Assembly: GCF_006345805.1 (NCBI RefSeq)
Contig: NC_043016.1
Span: 7,688,001-7,752,000, forward strand
Origin: Octopus sinensis
Lineage: Eukaryota
Length of the DNA stretch: 64,000 nucleotides
Reading direction: 5' to 3'
This document shows positions 25,129 through 38,193 of this stretch, in pieces (position 1 is the stretch's first letter; every line of letters begins with the position of its first letter). The translations under genes were made by a program, and so were the position numbers. The notes below the pieces were generated by a model, which saw nothing but the letters and a program-made list of their open reading frames with translations, was not told the DNA's origin and did no database searches.

Positions 25129-27247
25129 GTTTATATGCATATATAGATACATGGCATCATATACATATATAAAATACATATATATATTATACATATACAT
25201 ATATAAGTATACGTTTATATAGACACACATACATATATATTATATATCTATATAATATATATATATATACATATATAGATACATATGCATCATATACATA
25301 CATATATATACATGCATACATGTATATACACATACATATATAGTATACGTTCATATATATACCACACACACACACACACAAATACACACATGCATACATC
25401 GACATATATTATTTAATGAAATTACAAATCTATTGGGTTATATCTATTTAGACAGGTGTGTGTATGTGCGTGTGTGTAATCACTCCACTTGTAGGTATTC
25501 CGAGTAGCTTAAACAACCTACTGGTTCAAAAACAAAAAATTAAAAAATACTATAAGGAGTAAATTCGCCTGGACATAATTAGTTTAGACTTTGACCTAAA
25601 TCTTTCACAGAATTTTCTCACAGAAAGCTCAAGTAAAATTTTAATAGAATTATTTTAGGAAAAGAGAAATTAAGACGTCATAAGAAAGTGTCACGATGTT
25701 GTCATGTTAGCAAATAATATATTTATTCAAACTGTACATATTTGATGTCAATACATAACAAATAATAGAGAGTAACTTCGTACACTTTTTAAAACAATTA
25801 TCAGAAAATATATTCAACTACGTAAATGTCCAATTTTTTTCAGACGTTCCAAATTATGAAAACAAAATTGTACTCAATTCAGACTTCTAGCTACAAACTG
25901 ATTTAGCTATTCAAATTTCTAATTAATTTTAGCATTTTAAATAGACTGTACTTGATGTATAAGTAATCTAGTGTCGCGAGCAATAATCACTCATTGGCTA
26001 ATCTATTTCACTCCTATCTCTCTCAAAATAGTTTTTCCATTTATTTTTTGTTTTAAATTCACTCGCTTACAGCATCAACCAGATTAACGTTCTCTCTTCC
26101 AGCTCTGTTGAATCTATCACATTTTTGCTACAACTTCATACCTCCCCTCTACCCACCTCATAAAATTCGAGCTTTCTACTTCTCTCTCCCATCCAGTTTT
26201 AATTTTTTTCTTTCTTTTCAACTATTTCAACAACGATTACATTGTAATACTTCATCCACTTCTTTTTGACAATTTGCGTCAAACATTTTTTCTTCTTTAA
26301 ATTCATTTAAATTCATTCATTTTAATTAATTTACGTGACAAATCCACAATTAGAAACCTTATAGCCTGAATAAGAAGAGAATCCTGTCATCTGTAATGAA
26401 TGCAGCAAAGTATTAAAACGATACACTCGCCAGGAGTAGTTTCAGTGAAAATCAAGTTTATATAAATAAGACGCCACCGACCATAAAACAGAGTAGAGCT
26501 ACGAAGAAGAAATTAATATAGCTATGATCGTAGTGACTTCTCGAAGTTATTATAAACATAAGCAAGAATTTCCCAAATCTAATAAGCGCGATATATGAGA
26601 AACTCACATACCCCCAGTACACAAACATCATAAGCACTTCGACTTGTATAATGGTAAGATAAGTTATTCTTGCATGGACAAAATAGCTTCTCAGATCAAA
26701 TTCTGCGGCTGCAAACGCACACCCATATATTCGCCTTCCAATCACCCGACTTATAATTGTGGAAATCCATCAAAATAACATTTGAAAATCCATCAAAATA
26801 ACCGCATGGATACAGTCATTCCATACTTTAACGAGTCACAGAACTGCAAGTTTGTCTAACTTAAGAGTCAGTACTGAAATATCTTAATCGGAGATCAGAG
26901 ATATTGTACATTTGCTAACACTGGAAGCAATTCCCATTGGAAAATTTTCTATTATTGGAATATCAGAACTTGTAAGAATTAGCTTTAGCCAGTTCCAGCA
27001 GTCAGCCTGCCTGCCTCGTACAATATAGCACAAAAGCAGAAGGTATAAATCTGCGAGAAATACGATCACGTGTCCAACTCCAACCAATATAAAGCAATCT
27101 TACTAGTTCCTACCTACAGCTTTCACATTCTTTCCCCCAAATCATCTCTAAGATCATACACATGCATCGCTCATACTTGTATGAAACTGATTAATGATGA
27201 AAGTAAACAGCTTACTATTTCTCCAATATATATATATATATATATCT

Positions 27248-27269
<22 letters not shown>

Positions 27270-27278
<9 letters not shown>

Positions 27279-28735
27279 GTAACTTAGAAAACTTAGAAAG
27301 GTTTGGCCAGTATTGGCCAGGCCAGTATAAATTATATAATAAGCACCACCTGGCGAAGTCTTTCAGTTCAGGATTGGGCACCAAGGCCCATCGAGCAGAG
27401 AGAGTTATGTTTGCGGAGACATATCCGGGTGTGGGTGGTTTGTCCGGTACTGTTTGAAGGAATTTGTCCAAAGACTTCTGAATTTTGTGTGGTCAGTTTC
27501 TTTTTGACGTGTCCTGGTGTAATGTGAAGAGAGCGGTCCAATTGAGGTGAAATAATTGTGCCGTATTGTGTTATGTGATGCGATTTAGATTTTTGTTGTG
27601 GACGGATGGCACGTGGTCCACGCCTTGGATGTATTTTGAAGGTGATGCCAACATCATTCGGACAGTGCTGATGGAATATTTTCACACATCATACAGATAT
27701 GTAGCCGTTCACGGCGTCGTTGGAGTGAATACAATTTCAGCTTCTCTAGTCTACCCCAGTAGTCAAGGTCTGACATATGCCATCTATCTTTTTTGTGATT
27801 GACCTTTGGGGAGCTTTCAATTCTCATACTATTTTGTTTGTGTAGGGAGACCACAGTGGACAGCAGTATTCAAGGTGGGGTCGGGAAAAAGTGGAGAAGA
27901 GAAGGATAATAGCGTGGGAATCTCTCGACTGGAAGGTTCTGAGAATCCAGGAACACATTCTGCGGGCCATGTCACTTTGCTGCTTATATGTGTAGCCCAG
28001 CTTATGTTGTTGTCCACTGTTACTCCCAAGTCTCTGATGTGTTGGATGCCATGAGAATTTCTCCAGAAGGAAGAGAGTATGGGAGTTTCAGAGCGTCCTC
28101 CCTTCCAAAGTGGATCAGTTCGAATTTGTCTTCATTTAGCAACATGTTATTCTTTCCGCCCATTGGACCACAGCCAGTAGGTCTGACTGAAGGTTTATTC
28201 GGTCATCCACGCCATTGATGACCTTCTGGAGCTTGGAATCATCAGCGAAGGTTCTGATGTTACTGTGTTTGATGGTGTCAGTAATATCATTATGTAGATG
28301 ATGAAGAGAAGTGGGCCCAACACAGTGCCTTGTGGGACACCACTGCTGACTTTGGCTGGGCTGGATTGACTCTTCGACTACAACATGTGGGGTTCTGTTA
28401 GACAGGAAGCACTTGAGCCACTGCAGCAGCTTTCCAGTGACACCAATATTGGACAGCTTCTCAGAAGGATCTTATGATCAACCCTGTCAAAGGCCTTGCT
28501 AAAATCAAGGTAGATGACATCAGTGTTGGAACCTTCTCCCAAGGCTCTCAAAATGTCATCAAAATGATGCAGTAGCTGCGTCAGGCAATCTCTCCCATTA
28601 CGGAATCCATGCTGGTTGGGGTTCAGCATTATTAGACTCTCAAGGAAGTGAGTCATACGCGATCTCAGCACCCTCTCAAATACCTTGATGATATGAGAGG
28701 TGAGTGAGATTGGACGGTAATTCACGGCAAGCGAT
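27270..28735 (-). mobile_element. 5'-truncated CR1-clade LINE (RT domain to 3' end)
   Basis: NYRPISLTSHIIKVFERVL...QHGFRNGRDCLTQLL...VIYLDFSKAFDRVDHKILL; 3' tail ctaagttttctaagtt. Confidence 0.95.
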
Positions 28736-28784
28736 TTGTTTCCTTTTTAGAAGAAAAAAAAATTATATATATATATATATATTT

Positions 28785-28916
28785 ATTTATTTTATAGAAG
28801 GAGCTTCTACAGGACTAGAACTGTTTCATTCAGATGAAATCTTCAGGAAAGCTCCTGAAGATTTCATCTGAATGAAACAGTTCTAGTCCTGTAGAAGCTC
28901 CTTCTATAAAATAAAT
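28785..28916. repeat. Perfect palindrome: 64-bp arms, 4-nt loop (aagc), each arm with a hammerhead-like core
   Basis: Arms checked base by base; CTGAAGA 28855-28861, GAAA 28874-28877, cag/ctg helix, TA 28892-28893. Confidence 0.95.
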
Positions 28917-28996
28917 TTTTACTCTACTATGTATTGAGTACCTTATGTACTGTGGAACCCCGACTCAACCCGGGACCTACATATATTATATATATG

Positions 28997-29027
<31 letters not shown>

Positions 29028-29090
29028 TATATAATTATATAAACACGAATCAATGGGTGTGGTGTACGTGCGTGCGTGTGTGTGTATGTA

Positions 29091-29121
<31 letters not shown>

Positions 29122-29149
29122 TGCCTGTATGTGAATGAATGAATGGTTA

Positions 29150-29560
29150 GTATCTCATTTTGCATGACAACAAAGATACTGACACAGACTTTCCATAAAT
29201 AAACATATGTATCATTCCCAGAAAATTATAATTTAATGAAAATAAAGCAGGGGATTTGACGCCAGATTGTAGTGTAAACAGTTGGTCAATGAATTCCTCG
29301 AAGCAAATAACGTTATAGTTTTTTAACGCAGACTTGGCGATATATGCACGAATGCTGAATATACTTTTGTATTCAGAAAGCATTGTTTTCGAGACAGCAA
29401 TTCACATGAGAATATACTCACAGAATCAGAATATCGATCTTTCTGAGACAATGTATAGAAAATATTATTGTAAGAATAATATCAGAAACTGAATTTTGTT
29501 ACTAATTTTGTATGGAATGAAATTCTATTCATTATCATAACATGCTTAATATCTGTCGTG
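29150..29560 (+). pseudogene. piggyBac transposase C-terminal remnant
   Basis: Fragments LHDNKDTD, FNENKAG.DA, FNADLAI and YCKNN; many stops and frameshifts. Confidence 0.45.
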
Positions 29561-29947
29561 TTGAAGTGTAAGTTTTCTTTAAAGGTTTTATTTCTTCAGC
29601 TTTAACAAAACAATACACTACCACACATCTTATAAAGATTCCATCGAGAGTGTTATCGGAAATTTTTGGATAAATATATGATTAGCTGTGTTTAAAAAAT
29701 TTAATAGATCTTTAAAATTTTCCCAGTGCATTTCTATTATTAGAAACACAATATATTTATTTGGAGCAGACACGGTTGTGCGGTTAAGCAGTTATCCTTA
29801 AAATCATGTGGTTGCGGTTCCGATCAACAACGTGTAATTAGAATTTGATAAGCGGAAATTGTGCAAGACCTCGTCGAATGACACACACATACACACACAC
29901 ATGCAGACACAGACACACACACACACATACAGACACAGACACAGACA

Positions 29948-29988
<41 letters not shown>

Positions 29989-30315
29989 ACACAAGCACAC
30001 ACAAATACACACACACATGTATATATGTATGTTTGTATTCATGTATACTTGTATGTACGTGTGTGTGTTTGCACGTATGGATGTATGTACAGGCATGTAT
30101 GTATCACATTTAATGCATACATACTGTCGATAAGCGAATTACTGCAGTATTCGTCCAGACACAACATGTCTTATCAACGTAATGTGTTAAAAACATAAAA
30201 AAGTATCTGAGGGAAACGAAAATTCATTCCGCCAGTGGATAGAAATGCCAGATGAATTTTGACGTTTTTCGGTATTTTAAATGACGCTTAATGCAGACAG
30301 ATACATGCTGCGATC

Positions 30316-30808
30316 AGAATTCGTCGACTGTGATAAGAAACAATAAATAAAAACTGTCACTGATGTTGCAACTTGCCGCCCGCTTGAATTAAATCCAGTA
30401 TATGCAACTGAGTCATTATTAAATTAACAAATCATCTATACATCATCACTTATTTAATTAAATGCTGAGGGGCCAGTTACTACGGTAAATTTTCTGGGAC
30501 TCATTTTTGTCTCCCACCTCCTGCTCCTGATATTTGCGCTTTTAACATAGTACATTCATAAGAATTCGTCGACTGTGATATAAGAAACAATAAATAAAAC
30601 TGTCACTGATGTTGCAACTTGCCGTCCGCTTGAATTAAATCCCAGTATATGCAACTGAGTCATTATTAAATTAACAAATCATCTATACATCATACTTAAT
30701 TTATATTAACTGCTGAGGGGCCAGTTACTACGGTAAATTTTCTGGGACTCATTTTTGTCCCCCACCTCCTGCTCCTGATATTTGCGCTTTTAACATAGCA
30801 CATTCATA
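30316..30808. repeat. Tandem duplication of a ~245 bp unit
   Basis: Units start agaattcgtcgactgtgat at 30316 and 30561. Confidence 0.95.
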
Positions 30809-31100
30809 AGCGATGTTATCTCAGAACAAATATCGCAGGAACTAGCCTGTCAACAATTTGTTTACTTTAAGTATGATACATAAGTAGCTACTTTGATTTA
30901 ATACTACCTGGATCGCATAGGCGGAATAGGTATTAGAAACTAGCACCTCCATACATACACTATATATACAATATTTTGTGAAGAGCACTTAATATAACCA
31001 CCGTTCACTATGGACAAACAATTCCTAAGCTGCATACACGTACATATATACATAAATACCAAATATATATATATATATATATATAATAATATATATATAT

Positions 31101-31140
<40 letters not shown>

Positions 31141-31199
31141 GTATATATATATATGTGTGTGTATATATATATACATACACACAACACACACACACACAC

Positions 31200-31250
<51 letters not shown>

Positions 31251-31912
31251 TGGTGTGTGTGCCTGTCTTTGTGTTGTATGTGTTGTGTGTTTGCATAAGG
31301 GAATGCTTGCTTCTAACCACTTGTTAAAAACTGATGTGTTTAAAATGTTAACGTAAGTACTCTATGAAGATCAATAAAAAAATATGTACCAAACTGTAAT
31401 AACCACTGATGTCAACATTAAACCCTTAATGATTATAGCCCATCATAGCCAGAATTCAATGAATGAAACTGCATTAAAAAAAAATAAAAGAATTTTATAA
31501 CAGTTCCTTCTTGGAAGTTTTCAGTTGTGAAATCAATAATGGTAACTGTAGTGTTATATGGGTTTAAGTCCTAAAGTCTAAAGATCAACATATTAATATC
31601 TAAAGTGTTCGCTAATCCTCGTCTGCAAACCATAGAGCATAAAATACGCAGTTTGATTTATGGACAGATGTGATATTTGTACTTGAGAAGTTTGTAGTAG
31701 CAGTAACCAAGAAATGAAGTCCACGAACTGGTCAGGTGATTCAGTTGAAAAACCCTTAGCTTGTTATCTAGGGGAAGGAATGTGAAATAGTAGATATAGC
31801 GACTGAACTCAGGAAAATGTGATAATACCTTACTTTTCTCTATCTATATATGAGTCTCTGTTAGTACAACTATGTACAAATTAAGATATTAATTGGTAGC
31901 AATTGGTGGTTG

Positions 31913-32126
31913 TACGAGGTGGGGGTGACTGAAAAGTTCGTAGCTTTGGGTAAATGATAGTACAGGAGAATCAGTTAATTACGATTCTATTCAACGTATT
32001 CCCCTCTTAGATTCACGCTTATTGTAGCGGTCCTTCACTTTTCTAAGCTCTGTAAAAGAACTCGGAAGGCTGAGTCTCCATTCAGAACTTTCACGATAAC
32101 CTAGGAACTTTTCAGCAATCCTCGTA
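31913..32126. mobile_element. mariner-type MITE
   Basis: TIR tacgagg...ctgaaaagttc / gaacttttcagcaatcctcgta, TA ends. Confidence 0.85.
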
Positions 32127-33209
32127 GAATTTCGGTGAAGATTATGGAGAAATGATGTAAATAAGATCCATCGGATGTGCAATATTAATCTACATGAAAA
32201 GGTAGAAGAAATTAAGAGATGAAAGAATGCTAGATATTAAGGAATTGTATGGAAGGGAGATAAATTGCACAAGATGAGAAGTGAACCAAATAGTGTTACG
32301 TGTCTTAGGAAGACTGACCGTTGCCTATCTTCTCTCCACATCTCCAGTTTTTATTGAAACAAAAGACTGCCGACTTGGGCCGGGACAGCTTGGCATTAAC
32401 GATGAAAGATTAGACAGCAAAAGATCGAAAGGAGTATTAAATGTGTTTCTGATTCCTCCTACAAGTCCATAGAAAACTTTAAGCTTCCGTCATTTATTTA
32501 CATCTTAAACAAAAATGCACGATAAACAGGAGTCGATTGTATTTTACCAATTTGTAACATTGATTTCTTACTTACGGACAAAATCAAGTTTATCAGGTAG
32601 GCGCACAGTCTACCCCAGAATTTAATATATATTTATTTTATTGCCACTAGATGAATGAAAAACCTACATAATACCAGCCAATTTTCAATACGACTACTAA
32701 AAGCAGTTTTCAAGTGTAATCGATTTTTCTGGCTAGAATTAGTGAAGAATGTTTTGAACTTCTTTAATATTGCTCCAGCTTAGGACTTAAACGTATAAAA
32801 GAATAAAAGAATACACACACACCCACACATACACACATTACATCGGTAATATTTACATTATTAGAACTACTTCTAATTGAAATTTTAATTTTGTTTTACT
32901 TCTGGGTAGATTTTACGCTGGCTGCATATATACCTCTTACCAGTGATTCTAACTCATTTCGAGGTTGACTCGAGTATATGGTACTAATGAGCTGAAATAA
33001 CAGCGAAATATCGATATCTACCGTTTTTGTTCCACTATAGGACGATTTGATGCTTCTGGTGTGATGTATTCTCAATATTCGATGTCCTAAAGGGATTTTC
33101 CCTGAATAGAATTACGCAGCTAATAAGCGTGTGAATAAAACACAAACATTAAGTATGTGATATCGGTAATGTTTACATAATTGGAGATACTTCTAATTCA
33201 GAATTTCAT

Positions 33210-33258
<49 letters not shown>

Positions 33259-33261
33259 GTG

Positions 33262-33597
33262 TGTGAAGGCGCATGACTTAGTGGTTGGGCTGTTGTCCTC
33301 ACAGATGCGAGATTGGGATTTCGATTCCCAGACCGGGGCTTGAGCTGTGTTCTTGAGCAAAACAGTTAATTTCACGTTGCTCTGCGATCATTCGTCATCT
33401 GACATGTGACACCCGTTACACCTGTACAGATAATGTCGATTTGATGGAAAGTGCGAGCTTATGTGAACACAAACATTTGATCCCTATAAACAAATCATTT
33501 GAGTGGTTGTTCAGCAAGAAATTGCAGAATCCCCATATTCCCTAACGATAGGAGAGCCCATGATATATGATATATGATATATGATATATGATATATG

Positions 33598-33600
<3 letters not shown>
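33262..33600 (+). mobile_element. tRNA-SINE, third family, with (ATATATG)n tail
   Basis: gtgaaggcgcatgacttagtggtt...gatttcgattcccagacc head. Confidence 0.75.
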
Positions 33601-33691
<91 letters not shown>

Positions 33692-34237
33692 GTATTTAAT
33701 AATATATTATTATTAATATTAGGAAATCAATATCAAAACTCCTCAGAAAGATATACACGTGTGAAAAATAATTGTTGTATTAAAAATATATAAATAAATA
33801 AATATAAATATGTATAAAAATATATGTAAATATGTATAAGCATAAATATATAGTGTGTATGACAGTTTAAAAGTTTTAAATAAATTATTTAAAGCATCTT
33901 ACGATCGTTTCACAGAAGAGTTGTCCCTATAATGGAATCCTATATTGATAAGCATTTATGAACAACGCTTCTGCTCTTCAGAGATATAAAATTTGAATTC
34001 TGTATAACATATCGAATGGTAGTTTTTTTTTAAATTTGAAATAAAACTATAAAATAGCGTTTGTTTGAAAGATAAATTAAAAATTAAAAATTACTGCATA
34101 TTTACATATATTTTTATACATATTTATATTTATTTATTTATATATTTTTAATACAACAATTATTTTTCACACGTGTTTATCTTTCTGAGGAGTTTTGATA
34201 TTGATTTCCTAATATTAATAATAATACATTATTAATA
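33692..34237. repeat. Fold-back with ~140 bp AT-rich arms and ~260 bp spacer
   Basis: ggaaatcaatatcaaaactcctcagaaagat... / ...atctttctgaggagttttgatattgatttcc. Confidence 0.9.
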
Positions 34238-35004
34238 TATATATATATAATCACTTGTATTAAATATATGCTGTAATAGTATTAATACTCTGATACAATA
34301 TAGCACTCAATATAAATTCAGTATATAATATTCTCATTGAATATATTTAACTAAAGATTTATATATATATATATATATATATATGCGCGCGCGTGTGTGT
34401 GTGTATGTATATATATGTATATATATATATATGTATGTGTATGTATGTTTGTATGCATGTGTGTGTATATATGTATGTATGATTATGCTTCTGTATATAC
34501 GTGTATAAGTATATATAAGTATACACACACACACTCTTGATACACACACACACACATATATTGTATAATTGAAACAAGTTTTAACATAAGTGGAGAAAAA
34601 TTTATTCTGTGTTTATATGTATGAAATACAAGAATGTAAAGATACGTTTTCTTACGGTGAGTTTGACATATATAATTCATTTAAACATATATAGCATAAG
34701 TGAGGAGGAAAAATAAAGAGTTACATCTTACAGCCTTTTGTATAGAAAAGAGTTTTAGTATGCACATTTCTGAGTTTTGTGGCTAAAAGGAGTTTTTTGT
34801 AGTATAGTAAAAAAGAAGAACATGCATATTTAGCTAAACTGGATCCGGTTTCGCTGATTTCGGCCTGAAATTATTCCATCTTTTCACCATATTTACAACT
34901 GTCTGCGGTTTGATGTTAAATAGGCATGCTGCTTACATATATATTTATTTTTTATCTTTTACTTGTTTCAGTCATTAGACTGCGGCCATGCTTGAAAAGA
35001 GGAA

Positions 35005-35035
<31 letters not shown>

Positions 35036-35127
35036 TTGTATCTGGAGGAAGTGTTTGAAAAGAAGAAGAAAAGGAAGGAAAGGGAGGGAAGGTAGACCAT
35101 AAATTATATTCCTTTTTATCATTGTCC

Positions 35128-35169
<42 letters not shown>

Positions 35170-35312
35170 GTGTGTGGTGTGTGTGTGTGTGTGTGTGTGG
35201 TGTGTGTGTGCGTGTGTGTGTGTGTGGGGGGGGTGCCTGTGAGTCTGGAAGGGGTGTCGTTGGAGAAGGAAGAAAGAAGAAAAAGAAGAAATAATTGTGT
35301 TGATATTTATAC

Positions 35313-35358
<46 letters not shown>

Positions 35359-35480
35359 TAAATGCTACACTATGTTTGTTAAATTATAAATTGAAAGTTT
35401 GTCCTTCAATTGAAGGACTAAAGGCGGTGCTCCAGCATGGCCGCAGTCAATGACTGAAACAAGTAAAAATATAAGAATAC

Positions 35481-35511
<31 letters not shown>

Positions 35512-35526
35512 GCAGGCACGCACGCA

Positions 35527-35567
<41 letters not shown>

Positions 35568-35913
35568 ATATGGAACAGTCTATCAATCAAATAAGCTGTG
35601 TTAAAATCACGAATGTATTAATGCTTAATTTTTCTAAATTTCTTGATGTTGGTTTTATCTCATAAAATGCCCCGCCTCCCATGATGCTTCACATAAAACG
35701 CAGCATTATAACCATTATATTGAGAAGATAATGTCTGAAGGTCTTGAAACATTTAACGGACTAAGTTACGGTTATCGTTGCAAAAACCAAACATAAAGGA
35801 GTGGCAAGGAAATACGAAAAAATCATTAATAAAAAAAAATGTTTAACTCAAGCATAACTTTCATCAATGATATAATACATACTCGCACACAGACACACAC
35901 AGACACACACACA

Positions 35914-35948
<35 letters not shown>

Positions 35949-37266
35949 TGCACATACTGCACAGACGCATAGATAAATGCATAGATTTGTAAAGGCATAT
36001 TCTCAAGACGCAAATCAAAAGCATCTCGATGAAAACATCAGCTTATGCAATGGAGAGAGAGCATAATATATGAAATAATGCTATTACTAATGTATAATGT
36101 TCCATAAAATATACCAACTTGCAATAGATGAATAAATATGTTGAAAATATATTACGAAACAAGTAATTCAAGGCAATATATGCATTTATGATGATTGCTC
36201 CATCTTCACAGATGATAGCTGTCTCCTTGTGCTTCCTCATTTCCAATGGCATTTCAGACTTTCTACCCATGACCTCTCAGGTAACTACCATTCAGTCCGG
36301 TTGTAGATATGTATGGTTTGAAGCATAGGTGACAGGCGAAAGTTGCAAGTTGCAAGTTGCTGTCGCTTCCAATTGATTAGGTTTGCACACGTCGCCAAAG
36401 GGCTTTTCTATCGCCAAAGAACTTTCAGTAGATGGAATGACAAATGAGGCCACCCTATGCATCATTGGATTATAGTGAAAAATACTTGTGCAATACGAGT
36501 ACCACTCTCTTAGTTTCTGTAATAAGTACCTCGTCATAGGCTGAAGTGAGATGACCAGTAATCATACGAAACCGCAGGTTTTACAACAAATTGCCCCCTC
36601 TGCTAGAATGATGATGTTCCAACAGTTACAGTTCCGTCGCTCACGATGGCTTTATTGTACGCCTTCACAACAACTGTGGTCATATATATATTTTTTTAAT
36701 ATTAAGTTATACATAACACAGAAGGCTCCGACAAGCTGAATTTTTCTAATACGGTTTTGACCAGTCAGCATGCAGCTTAAACATCACAGCTTGTCTGGCG
36801 CACAGATATTACTGGCATAGATCCCGCTTTTATTTTAACCAATTAGCTTGCGGTTTACATGCAGTGGTTTTATGAGTGAGAAAATTTAGTTGGTTTTGAT
36901 CGTTTTTATTTCAATCAGTGGAAGTTCTGTAATTTTTTAATCCACATCATTAACAGGTTGTGATATTATTGTTATTTCCATTCAGAACACGTTTGAACAT
37001 TTTAATGAAACTTTTTTCTTTTATCCGTATTCCAACCTTTCTAAAAGGCATTTTACCATTGTCGTCAAGAACTTAACTCAACTTTCAGTCAATACATTTT
37101 GAAATTTGATGATTACTAGGAAGGTATGAAAGCGCTAACAGAACTTTATGAACATTATTAAATAGTTTTCTTAATGCTTAACACACTTCAACATTGTAAA
37201 AGTTTTTTAAAAAATACAGTAATATAAAACGTAAAAACCAGATCATGTTGTTACTTTATTCAACTG

Positions 37267-37338
<72 letters not shown>

Positions 37339-37371
37339 ATATATAATATATATATATATATATAGATAGAT

Positions 37372-37437
<66 letters not shown>

Positions 37438-37438
<1 letters not shown>

Positions 37439-37818
37439 CGTCGTCGTGGCACTCCGTCGGTTACGTCGACGAGCATTCCAGTTGATCCGATCAACGGAAC
37501 AGCTTGCTCGTGAAATTAACGTACAAGTGGCTGAGCACTCCACAGACACGTGTACCCTTAACGTAGTTATTGTGGAGATTCAGCGTCACACAGTGTGTGA
37601 CAAGGCTGGCCCTTTGAAATACAGGTACAACAGAAGCAAGAAGAAAGAGTGAGAGAAATTTGTGGTGAAAGAGTACAGCAGAGTTCGCCACCACTCCTGC
37701 CGCAGCGTCGTGGAGCTTTAGGTGTTTTTGTACAATAAACACTCACAATGCCCGGTCTGGGAAACGAAATCGCGATCCCATGACCACGAGTCCACTGCCC
37801 TAACTATTGCGGCTCCAC
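37438..37818 (-). mobile_element. tRNA-SINE, same head as 24753, tail type 2 ending in (TCTA)n
   Basis: Tail ...gtaaccgacggagtgccacgacgacga then tctatctatc. Confidence 0.9.
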
Positions 37819-38158
37819 TTACATTTTTCTTTTTACAATACTTGTCTCGGTGGATTAATTGTTCGGTTCTCTTTTTGTCTTCTGAAATTTTATTTTTGAA
37901 TCTTCTATATATATGAAGAATTTTCCTCCGTCTGGCCGTTTTTCTCTCTACAAAACGGAAAGTTGCACTATGGAACAGTCATTTTAACGAGATTCTTTTT
38001 TTTATTTATCACCCAACGAGATACGTCTGCATCGCCGTATACTCCTGAACCAGTTTATTTTTGTGTGTCCCACAAGAGGAGTCGATGCTAGATGTGTCGA
38101 AATAATTGTTGTGATTAATAATATATTCTCGTATATTCCATCTTCTGCCTTTCATTTG

Positions 38159-38193
<35 letters not shown>

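Noticed and set aside
30316-30808. Tandem unit as a retrozyme or CRISPR-like array
   Set aside because: Only two units, no ribozyme core, no repeat-spacer structure
32281-32472. 63-aa ORF with the opposite strand also open
   Set aside because: No recognisable domain; compatible with chance
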